Of a DNA stretch of 64,000 nucleotides, positions 11,169 to 24,593 are shown piece by piece; within the stretch, counting starts at the first letter, position 1, and each line of letters opens with the position of its first letter. The notes beneath the pieces were generated by a model. It was given only the letters and a program-made list of their open reading frames with translations. It searched no databases and was not told the origin of the DNA. The position numbers and the translations under genes were made by a program. Origin of the DNA: Paragordius varius (Eukaryota; Animalia; Nematomorpha); the NCBI GenBank assembly GCA_964247055.1, contig OZ176054.1, forward strand, positions 12,152,001 to 12,216,000. The letters run 5' to 3'.

Positions 11169-12298
11169 ATTATCTAAATGTATAAAAAAACTGTTATATT
11201 ATTTCAAAGCGTTTTTATACCGTTTCCATCATGGCTCAAAATAATACGATGCTTCAACAAAAATTTAAATAGAAAGAGTATGTATTTTTTAAAAATATTT
11301 TTAGTTGATATCAATATTTAGCATATATTTTTTATCGCGCAATCTTGGCATTTTATTAACTTTTAAAGGCCAATAAAATTGGGATTTTCGGAGCCCACAT
11401 CTGAAAATTATCAAAAAATATTGTTTTGCTTTTCATATGTGGTTTTCATATATTTTAGAGATATTTTAGATGATAAAGCATTTAGCGATTCCTAAAAACT
11501 TTTGGTTGACAAAATATCAGCAAATTTTACAAGTTTTTGATATGTGGGAGTTACAACAAAAGTGAAAATATCACTCGTAATGCCAAAATCAAAAGCACAT
11601 ATTAATCCTGATACATTTCCTATCACAATATATATTTTTATCAGGATATTTATACTCCCAATTTTGGATAGGAAGATTAATATTTAGCAATCAAAAAAAT
11701 TAGGAAAGCAAAAATTAGATATTTTTTGTTAAAAAAATTAATTAACTGACAAAGATTAAGCACTATATTTTCCTAATATTTTCGTACCATTACATATTTT
11801 CGACCAATTGTAGGCGACATAGAAGCCGTTCACAGCAAAGTAAATTTAAATTGGTAATTAAATATGTTTTTTTGTTCTTCCAAACTTACTTGGCACCATA
11901 TCACCTTTTGATGAAATTTTCTACAACAGAGCAAGAATTAATTTTTAATATATAAAATATCATGCCATTGCAATATCAAAAAAATATTTAAAAAAATATA
12001 AAAATGTGAATAGATATTCAAATATTATAAGCCCGAAAATTTATTTTTAAAAAATTCATGTATCTAACTCGTGTTTAGGTATAATCATATTTTTTCGTTA
12101 CAAAATAAATAGAGAAGCAAATTGTTAATGCACTCAATTATATAGTTTAACATCGTATTTATATCTTGTTTATGCAGGAAATTAAAGGTTAAAAAAGTAT
12201 GGTTGTTTTTTATTTTTAGAATTTCCGATTAGTTATAGGGATGTTAATGTATTAAAGTTTTGTTATTTTTTAATTAAGGAAAGAGAGGCAGTTGCAAC

Positions 12299-12985
12299 TA
12301 GGTCTGTGTGACTGCTTTTTCAAAAATATACGGTCAGACCTAGTCAGACCATGGTCATGACCGTGGCCATGACCACCTTTTACTTAAGTAAATATCATGT
12401 GATATTAGATTGTGAAAATAATGATCGTACTTGCGTTTTACTAATAATGTCATGTTTTTTAAAGTTTATATTATCATTTTTTATTTATTATTTACAAATA
12501 TTTTCAATCAAATTTAATCAAGAATTTTGTTTTTAAATAAATTTTGCCACATTGTTAAATTCTGAATCCTCAAATACCATAGCTCTTAATACAGGATATT
12601 GCAAATAAAATTTTACCTAGTTTGTTTTATACTTTCTTTTATCATTGTAATAAATTATAAAATGTTTTTTTCATTTTATTGGTTTACATATATGGAATAA
12701 TTGCATATTTTGAGTGCTTGATTGTTTTGTTTTTTAAGCTTAAATGCTTATGTTATAACCATGCATGTTTACAATTTTAAATTGTTAAATAAGCATTTAA
12801 ATATTTAATTTATATTTTTTAAAAAAATATTTAAAAACAATAAAATTTTAACATTTTTCTTCCAAAAAAATTTACTGCAATTTTTCAAAAAACAGCTTTT
12901 TTAAATGATCATGGTCAAAAAATAAATAGTCACTGACCTGGTCACGACCCGATCGATTGACCAGGTCTTGGTCAGCACAACCCTA
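12299..12985. mobile_element. Non-autonomous hAT element (TAGG-type ends)
   Basis: Starts TAGGTCTGTG and ends CACAACCCTA. Perfect palindromic 8-bp TSD GTTGCAAC (12291-12298, 12986-12993). Subterminal TGACC/GGTCA motifs at both ends. Confidence 0.85.
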
Positions 12986-13601
12986 GTTGCAACTATTTTA
13001 CCTTTCAATTATTGTTTAATTGTGGTTGTGTGGATTCTATTGGATTGCGTGGGTTGATAACCATTTTGTTTCAAGATTGTTTAAATATTTCGGGTTGCAG
13101 AGAAATAGAGTTGCATATGTGTTGAGTTCGATTTTTGATAATTGATTTATTTGGTCTGGGGTGATGATGACATTCAGGGTAATGTTGATGTGTGGCTTAT
13201 ACCTTGCGTATCCGACCTTTTGATTTTTATTACACAATTGTTTCTATCCATATACCAAGGATAATTACAACTAGTTTCTAGTTGTTTAACGCTGCTGCAA
13301 AATTCGTAATAGGAAGTCAATTATTTTATTTTCATAATATTGTCCGTCGTTCACACATTTCGCACATCTCTGCTTTTAAAATTTATGTTACACAATACGG
13401 ACGTTTAAATGTATTATTAAATTAACGAGTCTAATTTTTTATATATTCTTTAAAAAGGGTGAGTGTCGATAATAATCCATAAATCTTGTTGGGGAAGAGG
13501 GGAGGGTTTCATAGTTATTCTACAAGCATAATTTAAATATGAATAATTTTATAGACCTAATTCTATATCCTTTAAATAACATGGCTAATCATAAGTTTTT
13601 A

Positions 13602-14553
13602 TTTGGCTTCGGAACCAAACCGAAACCCAGTCCCTTACATTTTAGCAGGAAACGGTTCAGTTTTGCAACCATCCCGGTCTCGGTTCCACTTCTCCAGGAA
13701 CACCCCGGTTCATGTAAAATTTTAGGACTACCTTTGTTTCCATTTTATGTTCTTTGGAATAAGCCTATTCCGGTTCCAGGCAAAATAAGTGCTATGCTGT
13801 TTAAAAATTTAATATTTAAATATGATTTTGTATATTGTGTTGTTTAAAAATTTTAAAAAATTGGCCATATGACATTTTATTCTCCTATCCGATTGAAATA
13901 TATATGTTCTGAATAACCTTTAATTGAAGAGAAGCACAGACATAAATTTTCGTAGATTTCAAAAATATATATATAACGTTTTTATTTAAGAAATGTTTTG
14001 GTTTGGAATCCTGTAGTTTAGGAAAAGGGAAAATATAATAAATTTATCTTATGCTCTTACTTTTTTTACTTCTAAATATTTTCCCAAAATTATAATCAAT
14101 CCCACATAATGAAAAAAATGAGCCACATTGTGGTAATTATACCGCAGCTCACGAACCTCATGGGGTCCTCAAACTTATTTTTTGTCCACAGATTTTACAA
14201 TAATATTAATATTTTATCATGTAAGGTTAAATTAGCGGTACGTATCGCGGCTTACAATATGATTTAAATTAGTGCCAATGATTTTCTTTTCATAAATTTA
14301 GTTTGATTCACAAATGTTGTTATTTTGGTTTATATTATTCTAATAAAAATGTGTCTGAAAATCATTTTATAAAAGTGAGGAACCAAAATGTACCCGGTTC
14401 CGTAACCACTACGTTAAGGAACACCCCGGTTTCGATTCCAAAATTTTGGGAACTACCCCGGTTTCATTTTTAAATTCTTGATTCTTTGGTTCCTATTCCA
14501 ACCGTAGGAACCACCCCGATTCCGACTTTTTTCGGGCCAGGTTTAAAGCCCTG
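13602..14553. mobile_element. hAT-like MITE with GGAACC/GGTTCC subterminal motifs
   Basis: Right end AAAGCCCTG, degenerate left end GGCTTCGGAACC, with clustered GGAACC-type motifs near both ends. Similar to 55067-56122. No clear TSD. Confidence 0.5.
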
Positions 14554-14560
14554 CTTTTTA

Positions 14561-17500
14561 CCGTTTTGTAATTTTCTGGAAAACCAATTATTAAATAGTT
14601 CAAAATACTCTGTGTTGACTACAAATTTTCCTCATCTCTCAATTAACATATGAATGTCATGCCAAATAAACTGATTATTTTTGGTAATATTTGTCAAGGC
14701 ATTTTCCAACGTTTTCTGTATTTAGAGGCACTGCGAGTGTGTGCCACATTTATGCGGAAAAATATTAGTTAGATGGCCCCAGGTCATACGGAGTCATTGT
14801 CCTGGCTTATTCCGGTCGTTAATACCATTTTAATCCCACTACACATGAGCATGGTCTACTGGCTTGTAAATGGAAAGCCACAATTTCTGCTTTGTATTTA
14901 CAAAATAAAGCCACTATTTATCACTCGTCACCATCAAATGCAAAGAAATTTTATTTCGTAACGTTAAAGTAGGATTTCACAAGTCAATTTGCGATCTTCG
15001 AGTTAACGTTCATTCAAATTGTGTGGACCCCGTTTATTGTGCTTGTTCTTTTCTATTCATATACTTAACTCATTTTTGTGATAAAAGTAAAGCGTCTGCC
15101 GATTGCCGTTTGGCTTTAGTTGGGTCATCCAATAATCCTTGCATTTTATCGTTCAGTCTGCGATCAAACTATATCCCTATGAATTAATGCGAAACCCCAG
15201 ACTATAACAATATACCATTATCCCACGAGTATCTTACCAGAAAGTTAACGCGAAAAGTTCTATCAAAAACATTCCACATTTTCGTCATCGGTAATTTTAA
15301 CAATATCATAGCTAACGATAAAACCGAGAAGATCACTGGTGGAAAAGTCCTTGGTAAATTAAAGTCCCTATGGACTTATTGATTTTGCCAACAAAACAAT
15401 ATTCACATATTAGGCATGCAAAGAACCAAACGCTAATTCCAGAATATCCAATGCTATGCAGCGCGCACTGTAGTTAAGATCAAAACCTTTTAATAGCCAA
15501 AATGAAAAGAAGGTTATGACCCATGTTCAGGTAAGTATTACTTACGTCCTTATACTTAAATCCTTATGCTTACATCCTTATGCTTACGTCCTTATGCTTA
15601 CATTTTTGAATAAAAATCATACATTCATCATTAGTCTGCTCCTAGTAGACTTATTAAATTTCAAAGTGGCATAACTTTAAAAATATTGCGAATTTTTGAA
15701 TTCTGTAAATGGGAGGATAAAAATCAAAGTATAGTTAACAAATAATGTATATGTTTGAGTAAAGTTGCTTCAATCTTTTGGCATTATAAGGGGTTTACAC
15801 AACCCCTGTTAAAAAAATAGATAAATCCTAAAACATACATGCAAAATCAAAAGTTTTTTAGAAGAAATGGGTACGCATTTTATCCAACTACATTTTTAGA
15901 TTTTTTTGAGTTATCAAAATTAAATATTTGCATACTTCGTGAAATAAAAAAATCCACCCAGTTTTTGAATTTTTTAAATTGGAGGACAAAAAATTTGTAT
16001 ATATAACAAATAATTTATAGCTTTTAGAAATTGCATCGATCTCTTAGACGTCTTAGGTTACTAAACCGCTTCAAAAATATATCTGGAACAAACATTTAAA
16101 ATCCAAAGTTTTTTAGAAGGTGTGCAAATGATTTAACTATATTTTTTAGATTTTGATATCATGACGATTGAAATATCTGGGCAATTTTTACATTTTGAGG
16201 ATGAAGCATTTAAGAATCTACTCATTTTATTGGATATTATAAAATATTTACTATTAGATGTATAAAAATAATATTAATGACAATAAATATATGATATTTG
16301 GAATTTAATCTTGCAAGCGTTTAAAAAATATTTCAATCCACAGTGCCCAAAATCGGAGGCTAAATATCCTAATACATCAAATATATTGCATATTAAGAAT
16401 ATCATGGTGATTTTAGTTTTAAGGCTAACGAATATAGAGTTATATCCACTTTTTTGGTAATTGTTCCTTATCTAAAAGTTGCAAATTAGGCAAACTTATA
16501 AAATTATTTGGTGAAGGTTAAATGCTTCCTTTTAAAAATATCATTAGATTATGAGCTATAAAAACCAAAATAAGTTTACAATTTTAGGCGTAGACTCCAA
16601 AAGTCACAAATTTTTAGACCCCTAAATATTTTCTCGAATTTAAAGCAAAATCTAATCACAATTTTGCGGTGTTAGAAATGTTTCATCAAATTATATATAA
16701 AAGGTGTTTTTGCATATAATAAAGCACCATAAAATACAATAAAGATTGCCAAAATTCTAAGAAAAAAAATCTATTATAATGTCAAATTCTAGTTTAAATG
16801 AAAAATGTTATCGCGCATCGGCTTTTTTAAAAAACTAACCCATTTTGGAGAAGTCCAAATGAAACTTTTAAAGCCTACGCTTAAAATTATAAATTTCATT
16901 TTGGTTTTCGAATATAGTTCATGTCATAATATAATGAGATTTTTAAAGGGAGGCATTGTGTTTTCATTAAAAAAATTTATAAATTTGCCTAATTTGCAAC
17001 TTTTCGATAAGGAACAATTACCAAAAAAAATGGATATAACTTTTAATTATTCGTTATTAAAACCAAAATCATAATATTCTATTTGATATATTAGAAAATT
17101 TTTTATAGCATCCGATTTTGGGCGCTGTGGATTGAAATAATTTTTAGACGCTTGGATCGTAAAAACGATATATTAAATTCCAAATATCATATATTTATTG
17201 TCAAAAATTATTTTTATACATCTGATAGTAAATCTTTTATAATTTCCAATAAAATGAGTAGATTCTTCAATGCTTCATCCTCAAAATGCAAAAATTGCGC
17301 AGATATTTCAATCGTCATGACAAAATCTAAAAAATGTAGTTAAATCATTTGCACACCTTCTAAACTTTGGATTTTACATGTTTGTTCCAGATATATTTTT
17401 TGAAGCGGTTTAGTTAACTAAGATGTGTAAGAGATCGATGCAATTTCTAAAACCTATAAATTATTTGTTATATATACAGATTTGTCCTCCAATTTAAAAA

Positions 17501-18006
17501 ATTCAAAAACTGAGTAGATTTTTCACAAAATATGCAAATATTTAATTTTGATAACTCAAAATCTAAAAAATATAGTTGGATAAAATGCATACCTATTTCT
17601 TCTATAAAACTTTTGATTTTCATGTATGTTTTAGGATTTATCTATTTTTTAACAGGGGTTGTATAAACCCCTTTTAATGCCAAAAGATTGAAACAACATT
17701 ACTCAAACCTATTATTTGTTAACCATACTTTACTTTTTATCCTCCAATTTACAGAATTTAAAAATTCGCAATATTTTTAAAGTTATGCCATTTTGAAATT
17801 TTAATAAGTTTACTAGGAGGGGACTTATGATGAATGTATGATTTTCAAAAATGTAAGCATAAGGACGTAAGTAATAATTACCCGAACATGGGTCTATAAC
17901 TTCCTCAACCACAAAGAAACTTTTACTTTTTATGATCATACAAATAATATAAACTGATGAGGTGTAAGTTATGTGTAAATTATGTTTGCCTCATCTTTTT
18001 CACCGG
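14561..18006 (-). mobile_element. Decayed mariner element interrupted by a 2.4-kb foldback
   Basis: TA-flanked ends CCGTTTT (14561) and CCGG (18006). Minus-strand remnants PYDLGPSN*YF (cf. mariner PYSPDLAPSDY) and LLDDPTKAKRQSADAL. Confidence 0.7.
15509..17903. mobile_element. Long foldback element, ~1-kb inverted arms and ~470-bp spacer
   Basis: 15509-~16505 pairs throughout with ~16975-17903 (termini GTTATGACCCATGTTC / GAACATGGGTCTATAAC). A 14-bp unit (CGTCCTTATGCTTA-like) occurs about 4 times in the left arm only. No TSD found. Confidence 0.85.
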
Positions 18007-18329
18007 TAAAATATGCCTTATACCCAACTCTCTAATTCATTATATTGGGGAGGGTATATGTTAAAATATTATTATTGGCAAAATCCATCTTAAATTGTTG
18101 TAGTTCCTAGATGTAATTCTGTCCTTTTAGCACTGTTAATAGTTTTAACCCTCTGGAATATTATTGATAAATTTAATATGGTATCTTTTGTGTGTTTTGA
18201 TGATTTTTCCCACACGTTGTATTTCGTCTAGTTTATACCGAATATAAGGGAAAATTGAACGACTTTTATAGAGCTTTAATAAAACATCATATTTCTAATC
18301 GAAAAAAGTATGAATGCATTTATAAATCA

Positions 18330-18485
18330 AGTTAAGTAAATGGCAAAAACGCATATAAAAATTTTTTATATATAAATATCTAATTTTCCGTTATATTTGT
18401 AGACTTTTTAGGATAAAGAAAAAATTAAAACAAAATCAAGAAAAATATAAAAATTTATACGCGTTTTTGCCATTTACTTTAACCA
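18330..18485. repeat. Small inverted repeat / MITE
   Basis: GTAAATGGCAAAAACGCATATAAA ... TTTATACGCGTTTTTGCCATTTAC. Confidence 0.5.
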
Positions 18486-19007
18486 TATTAAGTTGAATAT
18501 CAAATTTTTTGGTTATTTTAGGTTTAATATATATACACACATTATTATATGGTGTAACGATATCATTTAGGACGTTCTATATAAGAGGAATAATACTTGT
18601 ACCCATCCATCGATTCCTAAATTGTTTTTATGATTTTATTCTAGCTAAATTTGGCAGACCCACCTAAAGCAATAAAATATACTACTTTTTGTCCGAAACA
18701 GGATTTTGGAAAAATTAGTGCTAAAATTCTGAAATTCCGTGGTCCCCAAATTTATTTAATATCCATAAGGTTTTGTATCTCATTATTTCAATTCCCGCTT
18801 GTGGTGCTTTTTGAATTTAATGGTATTAATTCGCAAGATGCTAAAAGTGGCTATATTTAATCGGATGTATTGAAAATGTTTTAACAAATACTACATTGTT
18901 GATATAAAATACTGTGTGCAAATAATTAACAACTTTTTTTTAATGAGATAGCTTAAAACCAGCAAATTCTTTTGCAGTAAAATTTTTTATTTGTTGACAA
19001 TTTGGTT

Positions 19008-21333
19008 CAGTGATACTCAAACCGCGGCCCGCGGGCCGCATGCAGCCCTAAGAGTGCCTTAAAATTGCCCTATGACCATATTGATACTTATATTTTTTAT
19101 TGATGAAATTTTAAAATACACATAATCGGATTTTCGCTTAGTTTAATATTAATTTATTTTATTAAGATTTACTTGGTATTTTTATTTTTACCCAATTTGA
19201 AATGTAGAATATTTCCCTACATTAAAATGATTTCAAAATTTTGGAACACGTTGTTTTTGTTTCTGCATATTTTCTTTCCTATTTTAAAATTATTGCATTC
19301 CTTTTTTGTATTTAAGCAATCCTTTCACCCAAACTTGCATATACTTATTCTTTTCATTGCTATCCTGCATGATTTTATATAAATCACATAATAAAATTTT
19401 AATATGTTTTTTATTGCATAATTCAAATTATAGTCCCATTTTTTTGAAAAAAATTTACACAATATTTAAATATAAATTCAAAGGATGATATCTAATGCTG
19501 AAAAACGTAAATTATCCTATGAAATCGCTCCTTTTAAAAAGAGAATGGGAAGAAAAATTTTTGTCGTTTTAAATAAAAATGTCACCTGCCTTATATGTAA
19601 GGACAACATAATTATAATACAATTTTGAAAGACATTTTACAATCCAGCATTCTCACAAACCAGAAAATCATGAGGAAAGAAACGAATAAAAGATTAAGGA
19701 ATATACCGGGAAGAAAAATCTATTATGTCCATAGCTTTCTCCCAGGAAAAAGCTGTATTATTAACTTCATATGAAATTTGCTATAGTTTAGGAAAAAATA
19801 TGAAACCGTTTACTGATTGTCAACTAATAAAAAAATGTCTAATAAATGGACTTTTTTATTTGATAAATACCATAGTAAAGATCTAATCATGAGGCAAATT
19901 AAAATACTACAACTTTCTGATTCAACATGTGATCGACGCATTATCTAAATATATTTATTGGCTCTGAAAAACTGCAAATATTTTAGTATTGCTATTGATT
20001 GAGCACTGATATTAGTTAAGCTCCACAGTGTGCGCTCTTGTGAGATTATGCAACGACAACATTATCAACGGGGAATATTTATTATTTTTACCAGTATATA
20101 ACACAACGAAAGAGAGTGATTTTCTCAAATAATTAGCACTTTTTTCGATAATAATGGTATATCTATGAAAAAATTGGTTTCGATCTGCACAGATGGCTGT
20201 CCCTCTATGATTGGAAACATCCTCTTTTGAGAAACAAATATAATTTGCAAAATATTTGATCATTTCACTGCTTTATTCATACACAAAACCTGGTTTCGAG
20301 TGTAAAAATGAAAACTCAATTCTCAGTAATTTAAAAGGGTTGTGAATATAGTAAACCACAGGGGCAGAGATTGTGCCGCCGTAAATTCAAAAACCCTCTG
20401 AAAGATATCCACAGTGAGGATGATATTGTGTTGTATACAAGTGTAAGATGGTTAAGCCTTAGCAAAGTATTAAATAGTTTTTTTGTTTTAAGACGTGAAA
20501 TATTATTTATAAATGATAACAGAAAGTTTGACGAGGAAATTAATAGTGACGAATAATGGGTTTATTAGCCTACCTTTGTGACATTACTTATAAACTTAGT
20601 ATTTAAATACAGTCAAGGGAGATAAATAATAATCCAATTTGCTAATGGGGATTAATTTAATCATAGACAATTATTTAATTTTATCTAATGAGATGAAATT
20701 CAGATTTCAGGAATTAAGAAATATTAAATATTGCTTAAAATTCGTTGAAAATCTCTGGCATATGGATATATTCAATATTAAGCAACCTGAGCATTTCAGT
20801 TTTGATCAGGTATCATTGAAAGATTCGTATATTTTAAATATAATTTCAATATGGAGACTATATTTAAGGAGAATCGTAAATTAGAAATATATGTAGAATT
20901 TTTGTGCCAAATAAATATGAAAATATAAAAAAATGTGCTCAAGTTATACTAACTGTTTTCCCCTACCCTTACACGTTTGAGACGGCATATTCAAAGATGA
21001 AGTATGTCAAGAATACATACAGAAATCGCTTAACCAATGATCATATGGACGACGTATTAAGATTGGCCTGTCATGAGGCGAAACCAAATTTTTTAAAAAT
21101 TATTGGTTAATATCAAAATAAATGTTGTTATCAAAATATTTTAATTTTTTAAACTAAATGGTGAAAAACGAGTTTTTAGCTGGATTACATCGGCCAAAAA
21201 ATTTTGTGCCGATTTAAAGTATTAAATATGTGCATATGTGTCAAATAGCTATAGGATATTTGCCAGTATAAAGTTCATGGCCCTCGAAAAAAAATTTAAT
21301 TTGGCCCGTCAATTTTTTTTGGTGAGTACCAAG
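19008..21333 (+). pseudogene. Decayed hAT transposon with transposase remnants (Charlie/Buster, GTF2IRD2-like)
   Basis: 5' end CAGTGATACTCAAC followed by GCGGCCCGCGGGCCGC. Remnant motifs SYEICYSLGKNMKPFTD, FSIAID*, ICTDGCPSMIG, YTSVRWLS and FETAYSKMKYVKNTYRNRLT. Many stops and frameshifts. Confidence 0.8.
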
Positions 21334-21419
21334 TTTTTGAAAATCAAGAGAAAATCAAAACTGAACAAAAGGTATAAATTAAGGATAATTAAGTATAACT
21401 AAATAATAACTTAAGACAT

Positions 21420-22180
21420 TGAGATTTATTGGATATTTACAATTTATAAATAGCTTAAAATCATATAATTAGGTTTTTCACGAAACAGAGATGAAAAATC
21501 GTGTTTTTCCTTTAACATACTTAATACAAAAAATATTTTTTAATATATAAACTATATTTAAATATTTTTAATTATTTACTACTAAACTCACAATTAAATA
21601 TTTAACATTCATATTTTATACAGTAAAAATAATTTATATATCAAAATTAAATTGATGAATATTGTTTTATTTTTTCATTATGTTTGTCTGATTTATGAGT
21701 GTATAAACTACTGATTTTGGGATCTTACATGAACGTATTTTAAACATGTAATTTGCAATATAGGATGTGCAAGTAGTGGTTTATCAATCAAAAATTTATA
21801 CAAATCCCAGTAACAAGTTTCTTTTAGCACAAATTAATATTTTTACTAGATTTGTTAAAAGATTTTTGGCTGATATTCCACTACTTTTAATTCCTATTTT
21901 AAATGAGATTCCTGCTCATTTAAGATTTCCAAAAAACCATATTAAATTTATTATAAACTTAAAAGCCAGATGACAAAAAATGGAATATAAAATATTAATT
22001 TTGTTTTGATATATAAGTTTTTGCCTATATGATCTTAATAGTGAGTTTAGTAATTTAAAAAATAATTTTAATATAGTTTCATAAAATTTTTTTGTTTAAA
22101 TATGTTAGAGGAAAAACACGATTTTTGATCCGAGTTCCAATTAAAACCCTAATTATATCTAATAAATCTTAGTGTTTATC
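21420..22180. repeat. Foldback/MITE-like inverted repeat (boundaries approximate)
   Basis: AAAAATCGTGTTTTTCCT (~21495) vs AGAGGAAAAACACGATTTTT (~22107-22126), and CTAAACTCAC vs GTGAGTTTAG. Confidence 0.6.
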
Positions 22181-22630
22181 ATTATTTTTTTTAAATTATA
22201 CTTAATTTTCATTTTCACTGTTTTCCCAATTTCGATTTTCTCTCAATAATTCAAAAACTAGGGCAAAAAAACGTGTTATGGCGAATGAATTCGCTGATAA
22301 TAAGCTATACATGAAAAAATTATTGTTAAAAAAATTGACCCTCTTTTTGCCAACAGTGAAATGGAAATTCAGAGAAATGAATAGCATTAATCAGTAGTTT
22401 ATTATTTGGCATTGATATTTTTGAACAAATTTAATAAAGTACATTAAATTGCCGAAACTAAATCATTACAAATATTTAAAACCACAACATGTGTCTCATA
22501 TTAGAACAATAGCTGATAATCAATCTTATTAAAATACACATTTTAGACAAAGTTTTTGGAAAAATAAAAAAAAAACCCAATTTATACGGATTAATAAAAT
22601 ATTTTACCAAAGTGTGATCATAATTCATTA

Positions 22631-23110
22631 CCGGTTTAACTAAGAGACGGTGTTAGTGATAAGTACGCCCGAGATTAATTTGACGCAAACGCCATTTTGT
22701 TTTTCTATTTAAAGACAGACACATTTAAGTTAAATCTGCCAGGGGTCCTGTTTTATTCAGTAATCGTTTGGTGCCTGGAAAATAACATATACGGCACATA
22801 TTGCTTTTCTTATTACCAAAAAATGTTAAAAGTTATCTTGTAGAAAAATATAGTAAACATGATCTAATGCTATGTTTCGAACATTTAAAGTTATGATTTC
22901 ATGTAAAAGAGTGTCGGCGTACTGGTAAACCGCCCAACTGCGATGCCAAATTAAAAGTTACTGAAAGATGAACTAACGCTCGACACAATCCTTATATGAC
23001 AAAAAAACAATCAATCTACGAGCATCTATAAAGGCAAATAAACTCGGTCACTGCACCGCACAATTTGAATAATTGACAAAACAAAAATCGCTAAATGCCC
23101 TCTTAAATCC
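22631..23110 (+). mobile_element. 5' fragment of a mariner element
   Basis: TA|CCGGTTTAACTAA end shared with 50180. N-terminal remnant LVPGK*HIRHILLFL matches the start of mariner transposases. Confidence 0.7.
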
Positions 23111-23362
23111 TGCTTGAACGATATCGTTTTCTTGGAAATATAACGTATAATGCATCATAGATAACTATTTATAATTTACCAAATTATTTTTATTTTGATA
23201 AATTATTCAAGGAATTTTCTATGTAAACGCCTGAAACAATAAGAAAAATAGAATAATGTAATGCCACATCATTTAATATATTATCTTCTAAGATGTGGGA
23301 GTTTAAAGCTGGGAAATATGTTCAATTTAGAATATACGTCAATATACAAATTTTGTGTCTCA

Positions 23363-23860
23363 TCTATATATTTATGAAAATGGAAAATGCTGGCTTGGTG
23401 ATCTGTTTCCGGAAAACCGATAAACCCATTCAAATCCAAATATTGAAAAAATATAATCATTAATGAATGCCCTGACAATAGCTTCGCCCCTTTTTTGAAT
23501 TAGGCCCCAGTTCGGGCCCACGCCGAGTAAAAAACGGGTTTTTTTGAAAACAAAAGTCCACAAAAATCGTGTCTTTGAGACAATTTTTCGGAGAACGTGT
23601 TGGACCATTCACTTTCAAATATAATTTTTGTTTACTTATTTTCGATTGCGCCGAACATAGTCGGCTCGCATTTTTAATTTAGGCACTCTTTTTACCCGCC
23701 CGTAAAATGCCATTTTTTCAAAAAACAAAGTGCACAAAAACAATTTTTTATATCTATTTTTCCCCTAAACAATAAATTAGTATGAATGCACCGTTTTAAA
23801 ATTCCTATGAGATCATAGCTATTAAATAATGTTCAAAATAATCTACATATGTGGATTATT
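23363..23860 (+). mobile_element. Helitron family copy B (5' part plus alternative extension)
   Basis: Starts A|TCTATATATTTATGAAAATGG. The first ~400 bp match copies A, C and D; the continuation is shared only with copy E. Confidence 0.75.
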
Positions 23861-24044
23861 TTATTATTCCATTAGGATTCATACTTGTGTTAAACTGTAT
23901 AATTCTAATACAATATTCTGGTCATGATTGCCTACCTGTCAACCAAAATTCCAACACCACATTCAAACCACCAATCATTCACCATTTAAACTCTCCAAAG
24001 AATTGCGAAAATTAGAGAGCATATTTGAGAATAATAGCCTGTTT

Positions 24045-24410
24045 TTAGCAGTACAGTACTAGGTTTCCGAAAAAAAACTGCGCCTGTACTGCCCTGACTT
24101 TTGTACTGCTTTTAAAATTTTTTGAAAATATATATATATAAAAAAATGAATGTGGAATTTTATAGAGGAGTACCCTCTTTAAGATAATAATTTGTAAAAA
24201 AATAAAAGGTTTATTTTTCGGTAAATAATAAGATTGGCCTATTTTTAATTGTAATATTTTATTTTCTGATTGAATTATACATGGAATCGGGTTTCGGACC
24301 TACAAAACCGCTTATGAAGGCAATTGTGCAGTGGCGGAACTATAATCGACTGTAAGATTTAGGCTAACGGCCCTTTAACTTAGGGCTTCCGCAAAAGCGG
24401 CCACAAAATA
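24045..24410 (+). repeat. Dispersed repeat, inverted copy at 59770-60155
   Basis: GCAGTACAGTACT...TTTTGTACTGCTTTT, AGATTGGCCTATTTTTAATTG and CAGTGGCGGAACTAT...AGGGCTTCCGCAAAAG blocks all recur, reverse-complemented, at 59.8-60.15 kb. Confidence 0.7.
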
Positions 24411-24593
24411 CAAAATAGACACATAATGAATTTGATTAGTAAAAATTTGATCAAAATTTAAAAGTATCAAAGTGTATCAAGAAAAGGGAGTAACAGCCTC
24501 AAGTTTCCACTGTTCACAAAAGGCGTCCTTGCTGCCTCAATGTTTGTTTCAGTTAATTTAATGCATTTGTTAGATATTTTTAATTGTTTCTAA

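Larger units (their letters stand above)
6290..11650. mobile_element. Foldback-type palindromic element split by the LTR retrotransposon (boundaries approximate)
   Basis: ~6290-6880 is an imperfect inverted repeat of ~11175-11650. Examples: AGATGTGGTCGCCGAAAGTCCCAATT vs reverse complement AGATGTGGGCTCCGAAAATCCCAATT, and TTTTGTTGAAGC...GGAAAC(A/G)GTATAAAAA in both arms. Confidence 0.6.

Noticed and set aside
13037-13237. Possible non-LTR retrotransposon remnant (66-aa minus ORF)
   Set aside because: No diagnostic motif could be identified with confidence.
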